Shown: positions 8,552 through 17,498 of the stretch, piece by piece
How the letters are laid out: every line of letters starts with the position of its first letter
How positions within the stretch are numbered: the stretch's first letter is position 1
Source: an uncultured beta proteobacterium
GTDB lineage: Bacteria > Pseudomonadota > Gammaproteobacteria > Burkholderiales > Rhodocyclaceae
DNA length: 64,000 nt
Assembly (NCBI GenBank): GCA_903908065.1
Contig: CAIVQO010000081.1
Location: forward strand, 18,954 to 82,953
Direction: 5' to 3'
Made by a program: the position numbers and the translations under genes
Notes under the pieces: model-generated
The model's input: the letters and a program-made list of their open reading frames with translations, nothing else
What the model was told of the DNA's origin: nothing
Databases searched by the model: none

Positions 8552-9084
8552 GCCGCATCCCTTTCCGCAACTGCTTTCAAGGCGACCAACCCCTGCTCGA
8601 ACTGCGCGCCAACCATCTTGTCCATGTTGAAAAACAGGCCCATGGCTTTTGAAAGAAAGTTGTTCGGTCCGTACATGGCCCAAGTGAACTCGATGTCGGG
8701 CCCATTTTCGACCAGCACATACTCAGCCATGTTGTGCGCCACGAAGGGCTTGAGGAAATCCAGCTTGATCAGAACCCGCTCGGGTGCCACCGTCTCGACG
8801 ATTTCCATGCGTCCGTGGCCAACTTTGTTGTTGCCCTGCCATTCGTAACAGGCACCGACGCCACTGGCCGCGCCGGAGTGTGTCTTGCGCATTGCTGGAT
8901 CGAGCGGCGCCCAGGGCGACCAGGCATCGAAGTTGTGCAGGTCGCTGACGTAGGCAAAGAGCTTTTCGCGCCGAGCGGCAATCCGTATCGAGCGCTGGAT
9001 CCGGAAATTCGCCGGTCGCGTGGCGACGTAGAACAGCAGCGCCGCCAGCGACAGGAATACGACGATGAGCACCAGTTTCAGCAT
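8548..9084 (-). CDS. SRPBCC-superfamily (START/polyketide-cyclase-like) protein with N-terminal membrane anchor
   Basis: ORF 8548..9141 trimmed to ATG 9084 (MLKLVLIVVFLSLAALLFYV), which is preceded by GAGGAGGG. The body (FRIQRSIRIAA...FDAWSPW...YEWQGNNKVGHGRMEI) looks SRPBCC-like. Confidence 0.8.
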   Translation of the reverse strand: MLKLVLIVVFLSLAALLFYVATRPANFRIQRSIRIAARREKLFAYVSDLHNFDAWSPWAPLDPAMRKTHSGAASGVGACYEWQGNNKVGHGRMEIVETVAPERVLIKLDFLKPFVAHNMAEYVLVENGPDIEFTWAMYGPNNFLSKAMGLFFNMDKMVGAQFEQGLVALKAVAERDAA

Positions 9085-9206
9085 GACATCCCTCCTCGGT
9101 CGGAAATCACTGCGGTGGCAGGGGCGGCCCGAAGGCCGCACAGGCGCTGAGCCAGTTCGCCATTGCCGTTACTCCGAACACCTTTTCCCGGACGCCAAGG
9201 TTTGAC

Positions 9207-9833
9207 TCAGCCTGGCCGACGCGCCAACAGCGCCCAGACGCCCGCCCCGGCGAGCAAAGTGCCGCCACCGATATTGAAGCCCCGGCGCGCCCGCGTCGAC
9301 GCCAGGAATCGATGCGCCGCGGCGGCGAAGCGCGCATACAGCGCGGCGTTGACTATCGCCATGGCGACAAAGGTCAGCGCAAGTATCCACATCTGCGGCG
9401 CCACGGCAGCGTCCGGAATAATGAACTGCGGCAGGAAGGCAACGAAGAACACGATGCCCTTGGGATTGAGCGCCGTCACCAGCCAGGTGTTGGCAAACAA
9501 CCGCCACAAGGAATCCGGCACTGCCGGTGACACCATGTCGGAAGGGCCGATGCCGGCACGCAACATGCGCCAGCCAAGCCAGACTAGGTACAGGCCGCCG
9601 ACCGTCTTGACCAAGGTAAACCACCACGCCGACGCCGCCAGCAGCGCCCCGAGGCCCAGCAGCGAGAGCGCCAGCGCCGTCGAGTCGCCGAGCGCCACAC
9701 CGGCCACCAGCGCCAGATTCGCCCGCCGGCCGTGGGCCAGCGAATAGCCGATTACCGTGAGGATGGTCGGCCCCGGGATCACCAGCAGCACTGCCACCGT
9801 CACGACATACGCCAACCAGAGTTCAAGGGACAT
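9207..9833 (-). CDS. LysE/RhtB-family amino-acid efflux protein
   Basis: ORF 9207..9968 trimmed to ATG 9833 (MSLELWLAYVVTVAVLLVIPGPTILTVIGYSLAHG). NPKGIVFF motif and a multi-helix profile. Confidence 0.85.
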   Translation of the reverse strand: MSLELWLAYVVTVAVLLVIPGPTILTVIGYSLAHGRRANLALVAGVALGDSTALALSLLGLGALLAASAWWFTLVKTVGGLYLVWLGWRMLRAGIGPSDMVSPAVPDSLWRLFANTWLVTALNPKGIVFFVAFLPQFIIPDAAVAPQMWILALTFVAMAIVNAALYARFAAAAHRFLASTRARRGFNIGGGTLLAGAGVWALLARRPG

Positions 9834-9931
9834 CGCGCACCGCCTGTTGAGGAATTCTCCGTACGAAAATCGCCGTACCTCCGGCGCCGACTTTCTCGAT
9901 ACCGCTACACATCGCATCGCGGCCGCCCATT

Positions 9932-10129
9932 CTACGGCCACGCCCGGCCAGACCCCGGCTGCACCCAAAGCCCCAACAGATAACCATGGAAGCTGGCAAA
10001 AGCGCCGCCCAGCCGGGCGCTCTCGACCCAGCTTCGGCCATCGTAGAACACCGGTCCTGCCACCATGCGCAATCCCTGCGCCGCCAGGATGGTGACGAAT
10101 AGCGGACGCACCGGCTTGAGGTCTTCCAT
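9932..10129 (-). CDS. Small hypothetical ORF (65 aa) or gene remnant
   Basis: Part of ORF 9932..10240, taken from the first ATG beyond the cupin stop (MEDLKPVRPLFVTILAAQGLRMVAG). Codon usage is acceptable, but there is no recognisable motif and no clear SD. Confidence 0.3.
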   Translation of the reverse strand: MEDLKPVRPLFVTILAAQGLRMVAGPVFYDGRSWVESARLGGAFASFHGYLLGLWVQPGSGRAWP

Positions 10130-10169
10130 GGAATAGTCAAAGTGGAAAACGACGGTGCCCCGATCGACC

Positions 10170-10538
10170 TCAGCCGCCGATACGATTGGGAAACGATACC
10201 TCGAGCACCACGCAGCCAATGTCGCTCCGGAATGGCCCATGCACCTCGCCAGGGGGCCGGCTGGCGTAATGTCCCGCCTCCAGCCACAGATCGAAAGCCG
10301 TGTCGTACAGGCGCCCGCTGACGATGAACACCTCCTCCGGATAGGCGTGCGATTTGCCGCCGAACGCCGAGGTATCCGCCTCCGGCAAGAAGCGCGTCAG
10401 TCGCGTGTATTCGCCTGTCCTTGAATCGATGCTCAGCGTCAGTTCCTCGACCATGCCTTCGAGACCCTTGACCCAGGTCCAGCGGCCCTGACTCGAGGAA
10501 ATCAGGGCATTCCAGTAAGTGGTGGTCGTTTTTGGCAT
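10170..10538 (-). CDS. Cupin-domain protein (ChrR-like cupin)
   Basis: ORF 10170..10886 trimmed to ATG 10538 (MPKTTTTYWNALISSSQGRWTWVKG). The segment HAYPEEVFIVSGRLYD...GHYASRPPGEVHGPF is cupin-like. Confidence 0.75.
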   Translation of the reverse strand: MPKTTTTYWNALISSSQGRWTWVKGLEGMVEELTLSIDSRTGEYTRLTRFLPEADTSAFGGKSHAYPEEVFIVSGRLYDTAFDLWLEAGHYASRPPGEVHGPFRSDIGCVVLEVSFPNRIGG

Positions 10539-10629
10539 GCAATCATGATAACCCGTGCATCGCGGCGCCTGCGCAACGCCCTCTCGACCCTGGCTGATAG
10601 ACTTGCCCCACAGCACAACGGAGCATGAA

Positions 10630-11616
10630 ATGAAGTACATCGAACACGGCAAAGGCGGAGACCCTTCCTGCATGATCCTGGCCGAAGGCCCGACACCCAG
10701 CCCCGGACCGGGCCAAATCCTGATCGAGGTCGTCTGCGCCGGCGTCAATCGGCCGGATTGCCTGCAACGTTCAGGAAAATATCCGCCTCCACCGGATGCC
10801 TCGCCCGTCCTCGGCCTCGAAGTCGCCGGGCGCGTCAAAGCCGTCGGCGACGGCGTGACGGAATGGAAAGTCGGCGCCGGCATCACGGCGCTGACACCGG
10901 GTGGCGGCTATGCCGAGTATTGCGTGGCGGCGGCAAGCCATGCGTTGCCGATTCCCGATGGCATGGACTACGCTACGGCGGCGGCACTGCCCGAAACCTG
11001 GTTCACCGTCTGGGCCAACCTGGTGGACCTCGGTCGACTAAAGCCGGGCGAGCGCCTGCTGGTGCATGGCGGCTCCAGCGGCATCGGCCTGGTCGCCATC
11101 CAGCTTGCCAAGCACCTGGGCGTCGAGTGCTTCGTGACCGTCGGCAGCGACGAAAAAGCCGCCTTTTGCCGCGAAGCCGGCGCAGCGCACGCCATCAACT
11201 ACCGCAGCCACGATTTTGGCGACGAGGTGAAGCGCCTCACCGGCGGCGCCGGCGTCGATGTCGTGCTCGACATGGTCGGTGCGCCCTACCTGCAACGCAA
11301 CCTGGCCAGCCTGCGCCGCGACGGGCGGCTTGTGTATGTGGCCTTCCTCGAGGGCAGCAAGGGCGAGGCCGACCTGATGCCGGTGATGATCAAGCGCTTG
11401 ACCATTACCGGTTCGACCATGCGCCCGCGCACCCTGGCCGAAAAAGCCGCGATCCGCGATGCGCTGGCGGCAAACATCTGGCCCGCGCTGTCACGCGGCG
11501 AGTTGCTGCCGCACCTGTACGCACGCTTCCCGCTGGCGCAGGTGACGGAGGCACATCGGCTGATGGAATCGAGCAAACATATCGGCAAGATCGTCCTGGA
11601 GGTCGCACCATCATGA
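10630..11616 (+). CDS. NAD(P)H:quinone oxidoreductase, medium-chain dehydrogenase/zeta-crystallin (PIG3) family
   Basis: ORF 10555..11616 trimmed to ATG 10630 (MKYIEHGKGG) with a GGAG upstream. Motifs GVNRPDCLQRSGKYPPPP, LGLEVAG and VHGGSSGIG. Confidence 0.9.
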   Translation: MKYIEHGKGGDPSCMILAEGPTPSPGPGQILIEVVCAGVNRPDCLQRSGKYPPPPDASPVLGLEVAGRVKAVGDGVTEWKVGAGITALTPGGGYAEYCVAAASHALPIPDGMDYATAAALPETWFTVWANLVDLGRLKPGERLLVHGGSSGIGLVAIQLAKHLGVECFVTVGSDEKAAFCREAGAAHAINYRSHDFGDEVKRLTGGAGVDVVLDMVGAPYLQRNLASLRRDGRLVYVAFLEGSKGEADLMPVMIKRLTITGSTMRPRTLAEKAAIRDALAANIWPALSRGELLPHLYARFPLAQVTEAHRLMESSKHIGKIVLEVAPS

Positions 11617-12275
11617 ACACACTGACTATCGACGTGGTTTCGGACGTGGTCTGTCCCTGGTGCTTTATCGGCAAACGCCATCTCGACAAGGCGCTGACGC
11701 AGTGGCGCACGGAGCACCCGGACAGCACGGTCACGGTGATCTGGCGCCCCTTCTTCCTCAACCCGGACACACCGGACGCCGGCGAACCTTACCGCCCCTT
11801 CCTGGAGAAGAAGTTCGGCGGGCCGCAAGGCCTCACCGAGATTTGGCAACGGGTACGCGAGGCGGGCAAACCGGCCGGCATCGACTTCGCCTTCGAGAAG
11901 ATCGAGCTGCGCGCCAACACGCTGGCGGCGCATCGGCTGATCCACTGGGCACAGCAGGCCGACACCGGCAAGGCGACGGCGCTGGTCGAGGCCCTGTTCG
12001 CCGCACAGTTCCTCGAGGGCAGGCACGTCGGCGACCGCGCCATCCTGGCTGAAATTGCCGGCGCCTGCGGTTTCGATGTGACGGCGGTGAAGGCCTACAT
12101 CGAGAGCGACGAGGATGCCGAGAACATCAAATACGACGCGGAAGAATCGCGCCGCATGGGCATCAACGGAGTACCGTTCTTCGTCTTCAACCAGAGGCTG
12201 GCGGCATCCGGCGCGCAATCGCCGGATGCCCTGTTGCAGGCCATGCGCGAAGCCAGCGCGCCGGCGACTATTTGA
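11613..12275 (+). CDS. DsbA/FrnE-family thiol oxidoreductase (2-hydroxychromene-2-carboxylate-isomerase-like)
   Basis: C-terminal part of ORF 10758..12275, starting at ATG 11613 (MNTLTIDVVSDVVCPWCFIGKRHL). CPWC active site. ATGA overlap with the upstream stop. Confidence 0.9.
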   Translation: MNTLTIDVVSDVVCPWCFIGKRHLDKALTQWRTEHPDSTVTVIWRPFFLNPDTPDAGEPYRPFLEKKFGGPQGLTEIWQRVREAGKPAGIDFAFEKIELRANTLAAHRLIHWAQQADTGKATALVEALFAAQFLEGRHVGDRAILAEIAGACGFDVTAVKAYIESDEDAENIKYDAEESRRMGINGVPFFVFNQRLAASGAQSPDALLQAMREASAPATI

Positions 12276-12876
12276 TCAGGCCTTCCTCGCGCAGGGCCTG
12301 CAGCACGGCAGGCCGCGCGCCCACGCGCTTGAGGTAGGCGGCGAGCAAGGGGCGTCCTTCATTCACGTCGACGCCCACCAGGCGCCCCCAGCCGAGCACG
12401 GTAAACAGATACGCATCGGCGACCGTGAAATCGCCCAGCAGGTAGTCGCGACCGGCAAGTGTCCCTTCCACGACATCGAGGCGGCGGCCGATCAGACCGC
12501 GCACCACCGTTTTCCACTCTTCCGGCGCCGCCGGATTGAACAGCGGGCTGAAGGATTTGTGTATTTCGGTGGAAATGAAGTTGAGCTTCTCCTGCAAGCG
12601 GACCCGCTCGAAACTGCCGGGTGGCGGTGCCAGCTTTTTCTCCGGCACCTGATCAGCCAGGTACTGGACGATGGCTGGTCCCTCGGTCAGCACTTCACCA
12701 TTGTCCAACACCAGCGCGGGAACATAACCTGCAGCATTGACCGCGAAGAAATCGGCTCCGGTTTCGGTCTTCTTGGCCTTCAGGTCGACTTTCTCGATGC
12801 TGTAGGCGAGGCCGGCTTCAGCCAGTACGATGTGGGGCGAAAGCGAGCAGGCGCCGGGGCTGTAATAGAGCTTCAT
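12268..12876 (-). CDS. gstA: Glutathione S-transferase, beta class
   Basis: ORF 12268..12876. MKLYYSPGACSLSPHIVLAEAGL...YFAVN-type...GYVPALVLDNGEVLTEGPAIVQYLAD aligns by eye with E. coli GstA. Confidence 0.9.
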   Translation of the reverse strand: MKLYYSPGACSLSPHIVLAEAGLAYSIEKVDLKAKKTETGADFFAVNAAGYVPALVLDNGEVLTEGPAIVQYLADQVPEKKLAPPPGSFERVRLQEKLNFISTEIHKSFSPLFNPAAPEEWKTVVRGLIGRRLDVVEGTLAGRDYLLGDFTVADAYLFTVLGWGRLVGVDVNEGRPLLAAYLKRVGARPAVLQALREEGLIK

Positions 12877-12921
12877 GCTGGAGTACTCCTGTTGTTGTGG
12901 TGATGCGACGGAAAACCGGAA

Positions 12922-13602
12922 TCAGCCGCGACGGCCCTGACCCACTGCCTTCTGCTCGACCGCAAACACCGCGGCCTCGACGCGCGAGCTGAGGTTGAGC
13001 TTGGCCAGGATGTGCTTCACATGCAGCTTGACCGTGTCATGGCTGATGTCGAGCACTCGTGCGATGGCCTTGTTGGACAGGCCTTGCGACAGGTGCTGGA
13101 GAATCTCCCGTTCGCGCGCGGTCAGCAGTTTGAGCGTGTCGGCCTTGCTCGCCGCAGGGTTCCCGCCCTGCAGCAGATTCACCAGCTTCAGCGTCATCGC
13201 CGGCGCCACCACCGTCTCGCCCCGCACGGCGCGCTGCACGGCATCAACCACGTCCTCGGGCTCCATGTCCTTCAGCAGGTAGCCCTTGGCGCCGGCCTGC
13301 ATCGCCGCCGCGAGGTCTTCCTCGGCATCGCTCACCGTGAGCACCAGCACCGGTCCGTGCCAGCCGCCGGCCACCAATTGCCGCAACAGGGCCAGCCCGC
13401 CGTGGGGCGGCATGTTGAGATCGGTGATGATCACATCGGGCTTGGCCTCGGGCAGGATGCGAAGCGCATCGTCGCCGTTGCCGGCGATTGCCGCGACCTT
13501 GATCGTGCCGCGCTGCTCGAGCAATTCGGCGAGGCCCTTGCGGAACAGTGTGTGGTCGTCGACCAGCATGACGCGGATCGGGGTATCGACTGACTGGTTC
13601 AT
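12922..13602 (-). CDS. NarL/FixJ-family response regulator (REC + LuxR-type HTH)
   Basis: ORF 12922..13602. IRVMLVDDHTLFRKGL, PDVIITDLNMP, and a C-terminal LTAREREILQHLSQGLSNKAIA. Confidence 0.95.
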   Translation of the reverse strand: MNQSVDTPIRVMLVDDHTLFRKGLAELLEQRGTIKVAAIAGNGDDALRILPEAKPDVIITDLNMPPHGGLALLRQLVAGGWHGPVLVLTVSDAEEDLAAAMQAGAKGYLLKDMEPEDVVDAVQRAVRGETVVAPAMTLKLVNLLQGGNPAASKADTLKLLTAREREILQHLSQGLSNKAIARVLDISHDTVKLHVKHILAKLNLSSRVEAAVFAVEQKAVGQGRRG

Positions 13603-14831
13603 CCCGAGACTCCCCCGCCGGGCGGGAAGGAAAGGCGGACGCGGAAACCGCCCTGCGGCAGGTTGACCACTTCCAGCCGGCCGCCGATCTTCTGCGCCCG
13701 CTCGCGCATGATCGTCAGGCCAAAGTGGTCACGCAAGCCAGGGTGTTCCTCGAAGCCGCCGACACGGTTGGCGATGGCGAAAAAGCCCTGTCCACCCTTG
13801 CCATTGTCCTCGACGGTCGCAACGTAATAATCGCCGGCGGCCTCGAGGGTCATGTGGGCTTCGGTGGCGCCGGAATGGCGCGCGACATTGGCCAACGCCT
13901 CCTGCAGGATATGGAACACCTGGCTCTCCTTCTCGGGTTCCAATCGGAGGTCGGTCAGCCGGTTTTCGTAGTGCAGGACAATCCCGGTACGCTCGCGGAA
14001 GCCAACGGCCAGGCCCTGCAGCGAATGATGCAGGCCCATCGGATCCATGCGGCTGCGAAACTGCACCAGCAGTTCGCGCAGGTGGCCGTAGGCGTCATCC
14101 AGCGCCTGGCTGACGTCGCCCGCATACTTGGCGCTTTTTTCCAGCGACTGGTCGGCAATCGCATTGTTGAGCATGGCCATGCGCATCTTCATGTAGGCCA
14201 GGGTCTGCGCCAGCGAGTCGTGGATCTCGGCGGCCATCATCTGTCGCTCGCTGGTGAGCACGATGCGCAGGTTTTCGCGCTTGAGGCGCGCGTTCTCAAG
14301 GGCCAGGCCAAGATGTTCGCCGATCGAACGGAACAGCAGCGCAACCTCTTCGGGCAACTCGAAGGCCTGCGGCAGGTATAGGTTGTAGGTGCCCAGCAGG
14401 CGGCCGGCATTCTGCAGCGGAACCACCACCATGGCCTGGCAGCCGGTGCCGAAATAGTCGCTGTGGGTGCGCTCGGCGCAGCCGGCCAGATCGATCTCAA
14501 AACAGGGCCTGTTCTGCCCTATGGCGACGCCGCACTGGCCGCAGTCGCGCGAAACCAGGCGCTCGAATTTGACCACTTGCGCCGGCAGGCCGCGCGACGC
14601 AACCATGCGCAAATGCTGGCCGTCGCTGGTCAGCACGCGCACCACGCCGGCATCGGCCTTGGCCAGGCGGATCATGGTGCCAAGGAAACGCCCCAGCAGT
14701 TCGTCGAGGTCGTCCTCGTCGGCCAGGTTGCTGGAGATCTCGGACAGGACGTGAAGCGCTTCCAGCGTGTGGCCGCCGGACGGATCGAGGTCGAGGTGCT
14801 CGAGCGACGCGATGGGATCGGGTGGGGTCAT
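13599..14831 (-). CDS. Soluble GAF-domain sensor histidine kinase (HisKA_3/NarX-type)
   Basis: ORF 13599..14873. ATG 14831 overlaps the nudF stop (ATGA). H-box AAEIHDSLAQTLAYMKM; ATPase part FHILQEALANVARHS...VEDNGKG...GLTIMRERA. No TM segment is evident. The stop overlaps the RR start. Confidence 0.9.
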   Translation of the reverse strand: MTPPDPIASLEHLDLDPSGGHTLEALHVLSEISSNLADEDDLDELLGRFLGTMIRLAKADAGVVRVLTSDGQHLRMVASRGLPAQVVKFERLVSRDCGQCGVAIGQNRPCFEIDLAGCAERTHSDYFGTGCQAMVVVPLQNAGRLLGTYNLYLPQAFELPEEVALLFRSIGEHLGLALENARLKRENLRIVLTSERQMMAAEIHDSLAQTLAYMKMRMAMLNNAIADQSLEKSAKYAGDVSQALDDAYGHLRELLVQFRSRMDPMGLHHSLQGLAVGFRERTGIVLHYENRLTDLRLEPEKESQVFHILQEALANVARHSGATEAHMTLEAAGDYYVATVEDNGKGGQGFFAIANRVGGFEEHPGLRDHFGLTIMRERAQKIGGRLEVVNLPQGGFRVRLSFPPGGGVSG

Positions 14832-15391
14832 TCGGGCATCGGCCAGGCGCCGGAATGGATCTTGTCGGCCCACATCAGGGCCGAAATGGTCTTGCCGTCG
14901 GTGATCTCGCCATCCTGCACGGCCAGCAGCGCATCGGCCACACTCATTTCGATGACATCGAGATGCTCGCCATGGTCGCGCTGGTGGCCGACGTAGATCA
15001 GACCCTGAGCCCAGAAGATTTCGATGCGCTCATCGGCATAGCCGATGCAGGGATGCATGGTGGCCAGGTGACGCCAGAGCTTTGCGGTGTGTCCGGTTTC
15101 TTCGCGCAGTTCGCGCTTTGCGGTGTCAAGGGGATGTTCGCCCGGATCGATCTTCCCGGCGGGAAGCTCGGTAAATATGCGCCGCAGGGGGTAACGAAAC
15201 TGGCGCTCGAACAGCAAATTGCCGTTATCGAGCACGGCGATGATGACGACCGCGCCCGGGTGCGCTATCCATTCGCGTACCGTCTGGTGCCCATCGTGCA
15301 GCATTACCTGGTCGCGGCGCACCTTGAGCAGTACGCCGTCATAGACCGGCTCGCTGCCGAGCGTGTGTTCGATCAGTTGGGAATCATCCAT
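14828..15391 (-). CDS. nudF: NUDIX hydrolase, ADP-ribose pyrophosphatase-like
   Basis: ORF 14828..15391. Nudix box GKIDPGEHPLDTAKRELREETG. Confidence 0.9.
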   Translation of the reverse strand: MDDSQLIEHTLGSEPVYDGVLLKVRRDQVMLHDGHQTVREWIAHPGAVVIIAVLDNGNLLFERQFRYPLRRIFTELPAGKIDPGEHPLDTAKRELREETGHTAKLWRHLATMHPCIGYADERIEIFWAQGLIYVGHQRDHGEHLDVIEMSVADALLAVQDGEITDGKTISALMWADKIHSGAWPMPE

Positions 15392-15476
15392 GGAGATATC
15401 ATGGCTTTAATTGATACTTGAACTATTGTTATCGACATCCATCTTATATCAGCAACTATTGATAAAGGAGACTCTG
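15392..15476. promoter_or_regulatory. AT-rich divergent promoter region with three ATTG(A/T)TA copies
   Basis: Markedly AT-rich relative to its surroundings. ATTGATA at 15410-16, ATTGTTA at 15425-31 and ATTGATA at 15458-64. The longer repeat AACTATTG(T/A)TA occurs at 15421 and 15454, 33 bp apart. Confidence 0.4.
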
Positions 15477-15932
15477 ATGTCCGGCCTGATTCCTGGTCTT
15501 GGCGGCGATGGGGTGGTCACCATCAATCGCGTACTCTTGCGCGAAGGATATACCATCGACGACCTTGAAGAGCGTGTCGCCGTGCTGTGCGAAAACGTGA
15601 AGACCTACCACTCCGACACCGGCTTCCTCGGTGGCATGGTGGTACTCAACAGTGGGCAGGTTTCGAACGAGGGAAGTACCCTCGGACAGGCGGTGGCCAG
15701 CCCCCTGCTGAACCGTGAGGCCTTGATCATCACGTTTTGGGAAAGCTTCGTGCAACACGAGGAGTCGCATCGCAGCGACAGCTTCCAGCCGCTGTTTCGC
15801 CAGGTGCTGGAACTGTGCGAAAACGGAAACGAAGAGATCGCCTACCGCATGCTTTGGTCAGGCAAGGCGTATTCGCCGGAAGAAGCGCGCGAAGCACGGG
15901 CCGCGAAGGAGCGCTACGTCAAGACTGCGTAG
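15477..15932 (+). CDS. Hypothetical protein, possibly ABM/Dabb-fold
   Basis: ORF 15411..15932 trimmed to ATG 15477, preceded by AAAGGAG. ITFWESFVQHEESHRSDSF resembles ABM-monooxygenase-fold proteins; this is a weak call. Confidence 0.7.
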   Translation: MSGLIPGLGGDGVVTINRVLLREGYTIDDLEERVAVLCENVKTYHSDTGFLGGMVVLNSGQVSNEGSTLGQAVASPLLNREALIITFWESFVQHEESHRSDSFQPLFRQVLELCENGNEEIAYRMLWSGKAYSPEEAREARAAKERYVKTA

Positions 15933-15979
15933 CGAACCTTCAATTCGGAATCCGGTGTGGACTGGGAATCCCGGAGGGC

Positions 15980-17461
15980 TCAGACCGAGCGCAACAGCGC
16001 GGTCGTACAGAGCATCATCACTTCGTTGGGGAACAGGCCCAGTCCGGCTACGGCAATGCCGTTAAGCGAGAACAGGACGCGAACATCCAGGCCGGCAGTG
16101 ATCGGAGCGGAATCAACCGGGGCATCGAAGTACATCAGCTTGACCACGCGCAGGTAATAGAACGCACCGATCAGCGAGAACATCACGGCAATCACCGCCA
16201 CCGCGACATAGCCCGCCTTGATCGCAGCGAGCAGCACGGCGAACTTGGCGAAGAAGCCGATGAAGAACGGGATGCCAGCCATCGAGAACATCATGATCAG
16301 CATCATTGCAGCGAACCAGGGGCTGCGCTTGTTGAGACCCTTGAAGTCCTCGAGGTTTTCAGCTTCGTAGCCCGCGCGCGAAAGCAGCAGGATGGCACCG
16401 AAGGCGCCCAGCGACATCAGGACGTAGGCCACCGTGTAATACAGCGCGGAACTGTAGGCGTTGGTCGCGGTAAAGGGGTCAATCTTTCCGGCGACCATGC
16501 CCGACATCAGGCCCAGCACCATGTAGCCCATGTGGGAAATCGCAGAGTAGGCCAGCATGCGCTTAAGATTGGTCTGTGCGATCGCCGCAAGGTTGCCCAA
16601 GCCGATCGACAGGACGGCCAGCACCAGCAACATTTTCTGCCAATCGGCGGCGAGTCCGAGCAGTCCGTACACCAGCAAACGCAGCGCCATGGCAAATGCC
16701 GCCAGCTTGGGTGCGGAACCGATGAACATGGTGATCGCGGTCGGCGCGCCATGATAGACATCAGGGATCCACATGTGGAAGGGCACCAGGCCCAGCTTGA
16801 AGGCGACGCCGGCGACGATGAACACCAAGCCGAACACCAACACCGTCTTCTCTGTCTGGCCCTGATACAGGGCTTGCGCAATTCCGCCCAATTCGAGGCT
16901 GCCGGTGGCACCATACACCATGGACATGCCATAGAGCAGGAGACCGGACGCGAGGGCTCCGAGCACGAAATACTTCATCGCCGCTTCGGTGCTGCGGGTG
17001 GAATCGCGATCGATGGCCACCAGACCGTAAAGCGACAGCGACATCAGCTCAAGGCCAAGGTACATAGTGATGAAGTTGGCCGCCGAGATCATGATCATCA
17101 TGCCCATCGTGGCGTAGATCACCAGCAGGTAGAACTCCCCTTTGTCCAGACCACGATCGGCAAGATACTGGCGGCTATAGACCAGCATCATCAGGACCGC
17201 AAAATAGGTCATCAGCTTGAGGAAGTCGGCAAGCATGTCGTCGATGAACATGCCGCTGAAGGTCAGCACGGGCTGCGCGTCCGAGGTCACCAGCGTGATC
17301 AGGGCAGCACCCAGCAGCGAAACGCCGGTCAGCATCGCCGCCATCCAGCGGTGGGTGGCGCCGAAGAACAGGTCCACAAACAATACCAGGAAGGACATCA
17401 GCAGGAGGAAGATCTCCGGTGCCGCCGGGTACAGATCGGGCATCACGAAATTGTTCAGCAT
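15980..17461 (-). CDS. nuoN: NADH-quinone oxidoreductase subunit N
   Basis: ORF 15980..17461. Polytopic antiporter-like sequence, last gene of the nuo operon. Confidence 0.97.
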   Translation of the reverse strand: MLNNFVMPDLYPAAPEIFLLLMSFLVLFVDLFFGATHRWMAAMLTGVSLLGAALITLVTSDAQPVLTFSGMFIDDMLADFLKLMTYFAVLMMLVYSRQYLADRGLDKGEFYLLVIYATMGMMIMISAANFITMYLGLELMSLSLYGLVAIDRDSTRSTEAAMKYFVLGALASGLLLYGMSMVYGATGSLELGGIAQALYQGQTEKTVLVFGLVFIVAGVAFKLGLVPFHMWIPDVYHGAPTAITMFIGSAPKLAAFAMALRLLVYGLLGLAADWQKMLLVLAVLSIGLGNLAAIAQTNLKRMLAYSAISHMGYMVLGLMSGMVAGKIDPFTATNAYSSALYYTVAYVLMSLGAFGAILLLSRAGYEAENLEDFKGLNKRSPWFAAMMLIMMFSMAGIPFFIGFFAKFAVLLAAIKAGYVAVAVIAVMFSLIGAFYYLRVVKLMYFDAPVDSAPITAGLDVRVLFSLNGIAVAGLGLFPNEVMMLCTTALLRSV

Positions 17462-17498
17462 CGCTTCTCTCGTGTCTTTCTTGTCGTGTGCCTTGGTA

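Noticed and set aside
10758-11612. Upstream 285 codons of ORF 10758..12275
   Set aside because: They are out of frame with, and overlap, the quinone oxidoreductase gene, with an Arg/Pro-rich translation. The real DsbA-like gene starts at ATG 11613.
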